From: Octopus sinensis
Lineage: Eukaryota
Direction: 5' to 3'
DNA: 64,000 nt
Assembly: GCF_006345805.1 (NCBI RefSeq)
Contig: NC_043005.1
Span: 21,638,001 to 21,702,000, forward strand
This document shows positions 24,201 through 38,100 of this stretch, piece by piece; within the stretch, counting starts at the first letter, position 1; every line of letters begins with the position of its first letter. The notes under the pieces were generated by a model. That model was not told where the DNA came from, searched no databases, and worked only from the letters and a program-made list of their open reading frames with translations. The position numbers and the translations under genes are program-made.

Positions 24201-27200
24201 TACTTGATCTTTCTCACCCATATTATATTTCATCATCCTAAGCTCAGTTCAATTTAATGCCTTGAGTCATTCTTCACTAAGACTCTGCAATCCTCTGAAA
24301 CAAACTTATGCTCCTTTTATTCTCTCCCAGTTCACCACCCTTGATTAAAACAATAATACTACTAATTTTAATAATAAAGATTCTTGATTTGCACATGAAA
24401 CCAACAGTTTTTGATGGACAGGTATTGTCATCACCATCAACTTTACAATTTAACTGGTCCTTTATGACATTGACACCCATAAGAATTAAAAGCAAAGTTA
24501 ACTTTGGCTTCATTTGAACTGACGTCCAAAAAGAAGTATACTGTAAAGTATATCTTTCAATTCTCTAATTAGCACCCATGTATACATTGCAAATAAAGAT
24601 GAGGATGGTGATACAATCCCCTTAAATTTAGCAGGATCTCTATTGAGAACCAATTGAAGAAACCTGCCTTTGAAAATCATCCTGAACTCCAAGGATAAGT
24701 CTTCTCTCCAATTATTGTACCTCTACCAAGTTTTATGCATTCTGGTCCCAATTTCCTCTTGCCATAACTACTAGACAGAGGAAAACTGCTTTCACTGATG
24801 GTTAAATGAGGTCATGGGGATATTTTCATGATGGACTTGACTAACAGCCACATCCATCCCCCATACAACAACAATGGATTTATATAACTCCATAAATCAG
24901 CAATACTTGAACATTGAATGAGTGCATGCAAAATGGTTTTGTTTTACAACATGAATTTCGATGAGGCCTATCTTATGATACTTATATGACTGTAGATTTC
25001 ATCATGGATTAATTGAGCCCTTTGGTAGCTCTGCCAAGCCAAGAACTTCAGAAAGTTGTCTATAGTATTCCTTGACAAAATGTCCTCCAAAACACAACTT
25101 AGCAGTTCGTTGTTCATCAATACTCAGAACAGCCCTAAGAATGTCAGCACTCTATCCCTCCACTAAATCTCAATGGATTGCTAGAGTGGAAGAACATCCT
25201 CCAATCCCTTTGCCCAGATCAGATTTGATCCTGCATTCTATATCTTCTGAAATCCTGAAATACACTTTTTAAAGATGGTTGGGAATGATTGAGGGAGATA
25301 TTGTTTATAGTTCTAACACATTATATGCCCAGATAGGGCCTTTCATAATGGCAGGTAAATTTCAGATTTATTATCACAAGCTAAATTATTTCACACAGCT
25401 TATCTTCTGGTGTAATTTGTTGCCTTATTCAACACCACCACCTGGCCTTTGGATGGTCTTGGTGATGGTGATGGACACTATTTGATCCAATCTTAATATA
25501 TCTATTACAGTTGCAAACATTCATATTGACCAAGAGTTGCTCAGGCTGAGCATGAACCACTTTAATCTCATGTATGTAGGAGAGAATGTGACCTGAGAAT
25601 TTCATGGCTAAGTGGTTTCTGCCAGGGATAGCTTATTAAAACCTATAAATACCATCTCATTGTAATCAATTATGTATTGTTTTGTTTAAGTATGTGGCTG
25701 AACATAATTAGAGAAAACATTGAGACTGTGTGGTACTCATGTCTTTCTCGAGGGCACTAGCTGTCTATGTAACATGAACTGATTTAGACTGAGAATCAAA
25801 CACTGATCATTGACTCACACCACTCAATCCAAATTTATACTAAAAGAACAACTATAAGAAAAATACTGAGTCATTTCCTGCATGGAGAACAAAGAGGAAA
25901 ATGGCTACTTTTTGAATGAAGATATTATGATCAACTATAATTTTACTCTAATTCATCGTTAAAATAGATAGTCTCATCAAGAAATTTGGAAGAGACAAAA
26001 GTTTAAGTTTAGTGAATTCAAATTTTTCTGCTTACTGTATTAAGTTGTGAGCATCCACATTTACTACATATTTATATTTATTTACTAGATGAAGATGAAT
26101 GTCAGATCATTTTAGCTCTTCAAGGCAAAACATTACAAAATCAGTGGAGTGATGCCTTGACTAGCCATATTTAGTTACATCCTTTTACATTCTGGGCTCA
26201 AATCCCACTGGAATGTACTTCACTTCTCATTCTTCTGAGGTTGATTAAACAAGCACTGCTCAAGAACAGAGGTTGATAAATTTTTGTGTATCCTCACTGC
26301 AGGATCTGTGGCCTTGTGTTTAATTTGGGAACCATTATCATTAATATTGGTAACTTCAACAATAATTATGATTCTTCTTGTTGTTATGGGTGTTGGATTG
26401 ACAGAATCATTCAACTGACAGACAAAATGTGTTGTGGCATTTGCCCTTCATATGGCAATGAAATAAGCTATCAGTCAAGTGTAGAGACTAATTTAATTGA
26501 TCAGTTCTTACCTAAAAATTTAGACTACTTTTTATGTTAGAATTGTTGTTGTTGTTATTTTTCATTGGCTTAAATTTTACTTTAACTTTAGATCCTCAGC
26601 TCCATTTTGTGAAAATAAAAGATGCAGCTCTGGATGTACCTGATAAAACATTGTTGAAAGATGTAACAGCAGATGAATGTGCAGAAAAATGTCTGTCTGA
26701 TGAAAGCTGTTTAGCATTTGAAATAACCAAGGGAAATGGAAAATGTTACTTATCAAAGAAAACTGCTGCTACCTCCAAGAAAATAAAGGGAAACAAAGAC
26801 AGAGATTACTACCAACGAGTAAAACGTAATTATTCTTTGTATTTTATTACTGGAATTCTCTTTTCTATTATTTCTGAAATTTGTGCTTCATACTATATAG
26901 ACCCCAATTTCTGTAAAGGCATTGACAGGTTTACCTATAAGGCCAGATATACACACATTCCAGAAATAAGCAATATTAGGAAATGTAAATACTGATAAGA
27001 CATTCTCATACAACTTTTATTCACCTTGAACAATTTGATGAATGTTTTTAATTGTTTTTTATGTAAGAAAAGAAATTCTTGTTGTTTTTCTTCAACCTGA
27101 GTAGTAATAGTATTACTAGTAGTAGTAGTTGTAGTGGTGGTGGTGGTAGTGGTGGTGGTGGTGGCGTTAGCAATAACAGCAACTTTTTCTTCATTTCTCC

Positions 27201-27993
27201 ATGTTAGCATCCCTTAGTACCGTTACAACTCCATGTCTTAGCTCTAGTCTTTCTTGTTCATTATCCAATATTCAAAATAACAGAAAAGTAAAACCAATTT
27301 ATGAAGTTGTATATTTCCTATATTTTCTCATGGATAATATAGCAAGATACCCTTTCTATCACCAACCATTATACTCAATGAAGTCAGTATATTTTCCATA
27401 TGCATGTGTGTGTGTGCATCCACGTGTGTGCACAGTGGTATATTTATTTCCATATAACAAATCAGAGCACTGTAAATGGAGCAACAAACGTAAGTTCCCA
27501 CTGTTGGATGAGGACATACATACATACATACATGCATGCATGCACACATACATACATACATACATACATACATACATCCATCCATCCATCCATACATACA
27601 TACATACATACATACATACATACATACATACATACATACATACATACATACATACATACATACATACATACATACATACATACATACATACATACATACA
27701 TACATACATACATACATACATACATACATACATACATACATACATACATACATACATACATACATACATACATACATACATAGTACATACATACATACAT
27801 ACATACATACATACATACATACCTACATACATACATACATACATACATACAACATACATACATAATACATACATACATACATACATACAACATACATACA
27901 TACATACATACATACTACATACATACATACATACATACATACATACATACATACATACATACATACATACATACATACATACATACATACATA

Positions 27994-28024
<31 letters not shown>

Positions 28025-28140
28025 CATACATACATACACATACATACATACATACATACATACATAATACTACATACATACTACATACATACATACATAC
28101 ATAATACATACATACATACATACATACATACATACATACA

Positions 28141-28171
<31 letters not shown>

Positions 28172-28173
28172 CA

Positions 28174-28204
<31 letters not shown>

Positions 28205-28910
28205 CATACATACATACATACATACATACATACATACATACATACATACATACATACATACATACATACATACATACATACATACATACATTCCGCAGAT
28301 GAGATCCAGAGATTCTCCATATAGAAGACACTTAGTTGTGCTCAAGTGATGCAAACTTATACTCTGATGTGTTTACAGGGGAGTGATTCTGCAAAGGTAA
28401 AGAATGGCTATAAGAGAAATCAAGTTAAGAGCGTACAGAGGCAATTAAGCAGATAACCATAAGTAGATACCTTAAATATATTAAGCATATTAAATATAAT
28501 AATTTGGGTATGGAATGCAAAAGATATACATATGTATATATGCAAACGAGAGAAAGCAAAATGTGGAGACTTTCGGGTGGTGAATTTTTAAGTATAAATA
28601 TATAATGGCCACATCTACCACAATTATGGACCTCCGAGCCCCCAGAAACAGTTGTTGGACTTCTAACCTTTTTCTTCCACCCCTTTAATTTTCTCTATCA
28701 TTTTGACTCTATTTATGTTGGACTTATTCATATAATTATATATACACTTATACATAAAAACCCATCATCTGAAAGTCTCCACCTTTTGCTTTCTCTCATT
28801 ATGCATGTATACATATATACATATTTTGCATTTTATACCCAAACTATTATATCTAATATATTTCATATATTTAATATGTTTAATGTATCTAATTTTTTAT
28901 CCACATATTT

Positions 28911-28947
<37 letters not shown>

Positions 28948-29106
28948 CACAGGAGTGGGTGTACGGTAAGTAGCTTGCTTACCAACCACATGGTTCCGGG
29001 TTCAGTCCCACTGCATGGTACCTTGGGCAAGTGTCTTCTACTATAGCCTCGGGCTGACCAAAGCCTAGCGAATGGATTTGGTAGACGGAAACTGAAAGAA
29101 ACCCAT

Positions 29107-29148
<42 letters not shown>

Positions 29149-32100
29149 TGTGTGTGTGTGCATATGTATATGTTTGTGTGTCTGTGTTTGTCCCCCCAAC
29201 ATCGCTTGACAACTAATGCTGGTGTGTTTATGTCCCTGTCACTTAGCAGTTTGGCAAGAGAGACCGATAGAATAAGTACTAGACTTACAAAGAATAAGTC
29301 CTGGGGTCAATTTGCTCGACTGAAGGTGGTGCTCCAGTATGGCCACAGTCAAATGACTGAAGCAAATAAAAGAATAAAAGAATATACACATATGCAAATC
29401 TATTTTTTATACACATTATCATCTTCATCATCATCATTTAATGTCCTTTATCCATGCTGCAATGGTTGGATAGTTTGACCAGTGTTGGCAAGCTAGAAGG
29501 CTTTACCAGACTCCCGTCTATTTTGGCATGGTTTTTATGACTGGTTGTTTCTCCTTCCTAATGCCAACCACTCTGATAGTGTAATGGGTGCATTCACATA
29601 CCACTGGCACGAGTGCCAATTTCGTGACCCCAGTGTCTTCCAAGACTACCGTTTTACTTGGCTTGATGGGTCTTCTTCTCAAGCACTGCATAATGCCAAA
29701 TGGAGTTGGTCATCGCCTTTATGAGGCCCCATGCTTGAAGCCCATCATAATGCCAAATGGTCTCAGTCCTTGCTTCCATGAGGCACAACACTTGAAAGGT
29801 GCTTTTCATTTCCCCCAGCACAGGTGCCATTTGTGTGACACCAGTATTTACCATAACTGCAATTTTACTTAGCTTGATGGGTCTTCTTAAGCACAGCATA
29901 ATTCAAAAGGTGATGCCCAAAAGGAGCTGGGTCTCAGTCCTTGCCTTCAAGATATTTATGCACATATACACATGCAGACTCCCAGACACAAACCTAGTCA
30001 TACATATCAGTATTGATATAGAGATATACAGATATGCACATAGAACTATATATACATAAAGGGGCACACACACATATGATTATACACGCTCATACATATA
30101 TACATATATAATGTGTGTGTACACTTGTAGACACTAAGTCATAGAGTTACAGACAGGCCAACATGGACAATATACGAGGTGGTATCAAAAGGTCCCTGGA
30201 CTAGTTATGTTTAATAAAAAGTAACTTATTTACTTAAGTTTTAACAACAACATCTTCAAAATAGTTACTTTCTGCTGCAATACACTGGACTCCTGTCTGT
30301 TTTGGCATGGTTTTTACGCCACTTTCGTAATCTAGCCTGGAAGTTGTTTTCCAATTAGTGAGTTGAGGACTTTCTGTGATTCCCTCTGGATCTTGATAAC
30401 AATGTTAAAACTCATATGTTTGAGCTGCATTTTTATCATAGGGAAGAGATTGAAGTCTGTAGGTGCTAAATTCGGTGGATAGGTTGAGTGCAGAAGCAAT
30501 ACCATGTTGTTTTGGGGAGAAACTATTGAGTGAGGAGAACTCGGTGAAGAATCCAATTCTTTGTGCTCCACATATCTCATCACTTTCACTGAATGTCCTC
30601 CCTCAAATACTTCAAAACATCAAAGTAGAACACTTGATTGATGGTTTGACACTGTGGGACAAATTCTTCTGCTTTCTAAATGCCTATACCACTCGAAACA
30701 TTGTGTACAACCCATTGCCTCATCACTGTAAGCCTGCCAAAACGTGCTCAATGTCTCCGTAGCAGACTTCCCAAGTTTAATGCAAAACTTCACGTTCGCT
30801 CTTTGTTCTTTCCATGAAAAATATCACAGACTGCAGCATATGCATGATCACAAAAAACACGAATTTCACAACTTAGAAAGTAAACACAGTGACATCACTC
30901 AAGACACTGCCTCATAAAGGTCACTGCTAGCTCTCACTGTGTACACAACCATATGCTGCCATCTGTTGGTGCACTACAGAACTAGTCCAGGAACTTTTTG
31001 ATACCATCTATATATATTCATACATATACACAGAAAAAGGCAAAGTTAAGGGAAGAGAAAAATATATGTAATATACATATTCATACACACACATATATAT
31101 GCAGATATATGTGCATACACACATTTGGCCACACTCACGTATAAACAACTATATATTCACACACACAAACACATAAATATTTGCATATGCACATGTGTGT
31201 GTGTATATATGTATATATACAAATACACACAAGCACACACATATACATATACATACATATACTGAGGGCAACAGACCAAATCTATGGCAGGAGCAAAACC
31301 TCTGCCAGATAGAGGATGACATGGTGATGGAACAGTGATATTGACAAGGCCATAAAAGAGAAGAGGTGCATCTGGAAAGAATGAAAAGGTGGAGGTAGCA
31401 GAGAATCATATCAGAAAGCTAACAGGGAAGTTAGGCATCATGTTTACCTAGATAGGGCAGAAGCAGAAAAGAAGAGATTTGTCAATGTCCTGTAGCATGA
31501 AGATAAGAAACTTGAAGTGTTCCAGATTATGAAACAATATGACAGAGAGAATTGAGATATTGTGGAAGAGAAATATGTATGGATGGATTATGATATACTA
31601 AGCAGTTGGTAATTCAGTCAAAAAAGAAGCATGCGAGAGTTACAATGAAAGGCTATTGAATGCAGAGAAGAATAGGATAAAAGAAGTTTCCTTCATATGA
31701 ACCCAGCAGAGGGACTAGCTATCTTAGAGGAGAGAAGTATGGTAGATAAGGAAATTAAAGATATGAAAATAGTGATAGACCCTGGTCCATCTGGGCTCAC
31801 TGGTAAGATGTACAAAACATCTGTATAGTACAGTACAGAATAGTCACCCTCATAGTTAATCAGGTTATTCAGGAATGTGTAATGCCTACTGACTGTTGTA
31901 GCAGCATTATTGTTAGCTGCTACAAGTGTAAGGGAGATACCTTAGATAGAAGCAATTACAGAGGCATCAAACTTCTAGACCAGGTGAGGAAAATTATAGA
32001 GTTATACCCCAATTAATTGGGAGCGGAAGTAGGGTAGATGAAATGCACTGTAGCTTCACCCTGGAGAGAAGCACTACTGGTGCTATTTTCATAGTCAGGC

Positions 32101-35100
32101 AACTGCACAAGAAATCTTTAGTCAAGAATAAACCATTATAATTAGCATTTGTTCGTGTAGAGAAAACCTTTAATGGAGTACCTTGCTGTTTGACTAAAAT
32201 ATTAGAAAATCATCTGGTACATTGTTTTATAAATGAACAATATGCTGTAATAAAAAACAATCCATCCAGAAAATAATTTTTCAGCACAAGACACATTTAT
32301 AAGAATGAATACATATTCTAGTGCACCACAACACAAGAACAAAAGCTCACCTGTATGTTTCAGTTGTAGGTAATCCATTTGTCTTCTGATGGTTTGCTTT
32401 TCTTTAAGATTGAATGGCCATATCATTTGATATGTTTAGGAGATTGTCAACCCTACTAAAATACACCATGAGAGATGTGTACAAATATATATTGTCTGCA
32501 CCCTATGTATTGAGACAAGCTTTTGAAAACAAGTTAGAAAAATGTTCTGTAACACAAACGAATTCTGATTGAGATTTCATTTTGTAGATCAATTATTTTC
32601 TTTTATTCTTTAACTTGTTTCAGTCATTTGACTGGGGTCATACTGGAGCATCGCCTTTTAGTTAAAGAAATCAACCCCTATACTTATTCTTTGTAAGCCT
32701 GTTACTTATTCTAACAGTCTCTTCAGCCGAACCTCTCAGTTACAGGGACATAAATACACCAACATCGGTGGTGGGGGACAAACACAGACACCAAGACACA
32801 TACATAAACATATACATATATACACAACAGGCTTCTTTCAGTTTCTGTCTACCACATCAACTCACAAGGCTTTGGTCAGCCTGAGGCTAAAGTAGATGAT
32901 ACTTGCCCAAGGTGCCACACAGTGCGACTGAACCCAGAATCATGTGGTTGGAAAGCAAGCTTCTTACCACACAGCCTAGAAAATCATGCACCACATGCTT
33001 TTCAATATTTAATACATGTGTGTGATATGCATGTGATATGTATTTGTGATTGGTTAGTGAATGACTATGAAATATATCTCTTGTGTTTTTCTTCCTTTGC
33101 AGTTGATGACAAGCCTGTTGTGATGAAAAAAGTTAGCGTACCAAGAAGTGCTACTCTAGGAGAGCTTGAGAATGTGAACTTAAATGATTGTAATGAAGCT
33201 TGCAATCAGTATTTGGGATGTAATTCTTTTCAGTACAATGAGCAAGATAAGTTATGTGAATTGACTAATGCGACTCAGTTGAATAATGAACTTAAACCCA
33301 ACGACGGAAGCTGGGACATATACATAGTTTCCCCAGGTTAGTAGAGTGTTTTCACCTTATTTATTGTGTGCATGTCCATGTATTTATAAATAAATACGTG
33401 TGTTCAGAAAACAGATGTTCAAGGATGATGAGGATATATATATATATATATATATATATCATAATCATCATCATCATTAACCCAGGTCAGTAGAGTCTTT
33501 CCATATTATTTATTGTGTATATCTGTATGTATTTATATATACATATATGTGTGTGTATACAGAATACAGACGTTAAAGGATGATGATGATGAATTATATA
33601 TTTACACACACACACACAAGGTGGTATAAAAAGATTCCTTGACAGGTTGTGTTTAATAATAAGTAACTTATTTACCTAAATTTTAACATCATCTTTGAAA
33701 TAGTCACCTTTCACAGCAATACACCTGCTACTTTTAGCATCCGACTTGGAAGGCATTTTCTGTAAGTGAGTCAAGGACCTCCAGTGATTCACTATGGATT
33801 TTGACAATGATATTAAAGCAGCAACCTTTGAGCTACATTTTAATCTTCAGGAAGAGAGAAAAGTCTGCAGGTATTAAATCTGGTGAATAGGACGGGGAGC
33901 GGAAATGATACCATTTTGTTTTTATTTTGGTGAGAGACTCATGCCTGATGAGAATTCAGTGAAGAATCCTATTCTTCATGCTCCACAGATCCACACCACT
34001 TTTGCCAAATGTCCTCCATGAAATGTTTAAGAATGCTGCAGTAGAACTCTTAATTCATGGTCAAGTCCTAGAGGATGAATTATGAATGATGCTCATGGCA
34101 GGCCTTGCAGATTGATTATCCTCTTCCAGGGATGTTCTTCTACTTTTGAAGCAGCCATGCCACTCAAAACACTATGTACAACCCATTGCTTCATTACTGA
34201 AAGCTTGCTGAAGCATGCTCAATGTCTCTGTAACAGATTTCATAAGTTTAAAGCAAAATTTCACGCTGGCTGTTGGTTCCTGTCCATGATAAAATCACAG
34301 ACTACAGCTTACACTTGATCACAAAAACACATTTTTCACAATTTGTGAAGTAAACACAATGTCGCTCAACACACTGCTTCACAAAGTTCACTCCTAGCTC
34401 TCATTACACACACAGCCATGTGCTGCCATCTGTTGGCATGCTGCAGAACTAATCTTCAAATTTTTTAATACAATCTTGTATGTGTGGTCTGATCAGCAAG
34501 TACCCAGACTGTTGCCATAGTAATGAAGCTAAAGCACACAGAGAAAAAACCACTTGGCACATATTGACTTTGAACTCTGCTGTGCATGGGCACTAAGTTT
34601 TAACATTGTAGCTCACAGCCACTGTTTACAGCAGAACTTGGAATGAAGGTTTCTAGCATGTGATCATCATTGACCATGACAGAGACATTTGAGCAGAGAA
34701 TCTGCATGAAATTTTACCAAAAGCTTGGCAATATCTACTCAGAGGCCTACACAAAGTTTTCAAAACTTTTCATCATTCTCGATGCAATCAAGGAGATCTT
34801 GTGCAACTGAAACCTGAGTGTCTTTCTGGTCAGCTGAAAGCAGTTTTAGCACAAACTTGGCAGACATGGGTCTCATGCCCAAATCTTCAGTGATAATGGA
34901 CTGAACTGAACTGTAACTAATCTGCACATCCTCTGATAAGTCACAGATGGTGATTCAACAGTTTTCCCTCACAGCTACATGCACATCTACAATGTTTTTC
35001 TCAGTTCTGCTGGTTGCAAACCTCCCAGAATGTTTGTCAATATTGACATATTTTTGGCCATCTTCGAAACGTCTGAACCACTCTTTTGTGCTATGCATAC

Positions 35101-38100
35101 ACTTCTCTCCATAAACTTTCTGCAACTTTGAGTAGGCCTCTGAGTAGGAATCACCATGACAACTTTTTCTGTCATCGTCAATGTTATGATCACCTGCTAT
35201 ACACCCTCTTCCAAGCACTGCTGTAAACTGCAGAAGTGAACTAGAATGTTAAATCTTAGTGCATATGCACAGCAAACTACAAAGTCAGTCTTTGCTTAGC
35301 AGCTTTTACTTCTGAAGATGAAAGTAGAGTGTGGTGCTGATTTTATACCAAAGTGACCAATAAATTTGCCAATAAGTAATAAAGAAGTGAATTGATTTAT
35401 GAATAAATTTTAAATAGCTCGTTATATTTAGGTTCTCTTATGTTCTCAGATTTCACTTATAACCAGTAATAATCATCATGGCAATCCCTTCACCAGGGTA
35501 TTGTTAATGAGGGAACATTAAAACTAGTGGAGAGGATATCAAGCTCCAAGTGTGGCCTGTTAGTAGGAAAGCATTTTCACACATTAAAATTAGCATATCG
35601 CATTCAGCTTTTGGTGAGGAGGACAGGAAGGTTCCACTCCCTTAGAAATTGGCCTACATCATGGATTGCATGTTCTGGTTTCCAAGTAACCTTCATCACT
35701 GATGTGAATGTGTGCATATGTGTGTGTGCATGCAAATGATTCAGTTTTATTTAGTCAATAACTTCCACTCTAAATTTGTTACTATCTCCTCATTCTCCCT
35801 TTCCTCCTGTCATAAACTCAAAATTGATATGAATTTCTGTCATCACTTCCAGTTGTCACAAAAGTTAACTGTGGAGCACCAAAAGATGTTGTTGGTGCAT
35901 CTAAATCCTATGATACTACTAACTATGAATCTGAAGTGATCTATACTTGTCAAGATGAAGAAGAATTAAAGGCAACATGTAAAGAGAATAAGAAATGGGC
36001 TCCAGAAGTGTCTTGTAAAGGTAATGTAAATAGGTTCTCTTTTTGACTCTATCTCAGTAATTTTGTTTTAGCTTTGTGTTCAATTTCTATGTCAGAGGAA
36101 GTCTGACTGTATCCATAAAAATGTCCATTGTTCATGACTGGTAGGAGGGTCAGAGGTAGTTATCTTCAGACCAAAGACCTTCCTAAATGCTTGCAGCACA
36201 GTGGGCTTCATTAAAGATATTGAAGAGCCAGGTAATGTTATTAATTTGGTATATGGGTTAAGTCTGTCAAACAAGAGCAGTATACGAGGAAGTGTGTTCT
36301 TTCCATAAGTCCAGACACTACCACATTCTTGTTAAGTAAACTTGTTACATCCACATCTCTATCTCAGCCAATCTAGGTATTTTTTTCCTTAAATTCTACC
36401 CTCAGCTTTCTTCCCCATACTTTGTTTCATTCTCTGATACTCTGTACAATACAATTCACTGAATTTTTCTTTGCTAGAATTCAGCAATCCAAAACTTCTG
36501 ATCCTCAAATGGTCATCCATTCCACCATCCTTAATCATAATGAGACAAATAATAATTGTGGTTCCTGATAGAAAGAGCATCAATAATTTTTCTATAGAAG
36601 GATGTTAGTCAGTATCATTACCTCCAATACTTGGTTGCTATTTTTTGTTGTTGACCCACTCCCATTTAGCTGCATTTGAACTGGAATCAGGAAGAGTTTG
36701 GATAAATACCATAAAGCTTTTCTTTCAACTTTTTATTTGGTATCCATGTATACATTAAAGATAAAGATGAGAATGATGATGCAATTCTGATGAATTGAAA
36801 ATGAAAATTGCAGAGTGCCACTATCAAAGACTACATGAACTCCAAGGACAAGTCTCCTCTCCAGTTAATATTCTGTGGCATACAGGTTTATGCACTGTGT
36901 GACCCACCCATTCTCACATTTCTTTCAATAATTTTTGCTGGGGGAGAATATCTTCTTCTCCATCCTCATCTTCTTTACAAGTAAAACTTGAAAAATACAG
37001 ATTAGGGATTGACCAAAGAGAAAAGTCCTCATCGTTATACCTTTCAACCTCATTCACCACAAACCTCTTTTGCTATAGCTAGCAGACAGGGCTAAAGGGA
37101 CTTCTCTGCTCAGTTAGAGGAGGATGTGAGGTAAACATAATGATGGACTTGAATGCCAGCTGGGCCTGTCTCATACATGATACCTGCTGTTTGACATAAA
37201 CCTACAAGTCAATAATGCCTGGACACTGACAGACATGTAAAATTAATTTGTTCCACCATGAACAGCACTGTCTGTTAGAACTTCTATGACTACATTTTAT
37301 CTTGGTTTTGTAGAGCAATTTGATAACACTCTCAAGGGCTCCAAGAAGTTGCCCATAGTATTTCATGGCCAAAAAGTTCTTTGAAACAAATTTCCCACCT
37401 CATTCACATCAAACCCCAGAATATCTCCCTGAGAATATCAATGATCTTCCACTCAATTTGTCTTCTATAGATTACATGCATGTCACCTTGATTACTTTGA
37501 CTGACCAGTCCGTTGGGCGTCCATTTGACACCGCTGGTCACAGCATGCTGTCCACTCCTCTCTGGATCATGCCTTTCTCATCCACGTGATCCCAATCGTC
37601 CTCCTGAAATCATAATTCCACCGTCGTGGAGGCCTTCCAGGTGGTCATTTCCACTCACGTGGGTACCACTTGATAGCTGCACAGGTCCACTGATTATCGG
37701 TGAGCCGGGCTACGTGTCCAGCCCATCTAAAGTTGTAGTGTGTATGCTCTGCAATGACATCCCTCATGCCGGCTTCTTTCTGATGATCTCGCTACTGATG
37801 TGCTCTCTCAACGAGATACCAAGCATTGACCTTTCTATGGCTCTTTGAGCCATTACCAGTCTCTGCTCTTCTCTCTTCGTGGTATCCCATGTTTCACTAC
37901 CATATAACATTGCAGGTAGAACTGTACTGTTAATGAGGTTGGCATAATGGATGTGCTCAAGGAAAGGTTGGACATGACCACCTGCGCCAACCTCATCAAC
38001 AGTACAGTTTTACCTACAAGTATGTAATGCCCACTAATTACATTGCCCAAGTCAAGTTTGATTTGGTATACTTAAGATTATATGAAGTACCCTGACTTTC

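Noticed and set aside
27201-28354. Long ORFs (up to 288 aa) of HTYI/MYVC repeats
   Set aside because: Translations of the (TACA)n microsatellite; no coding signal.
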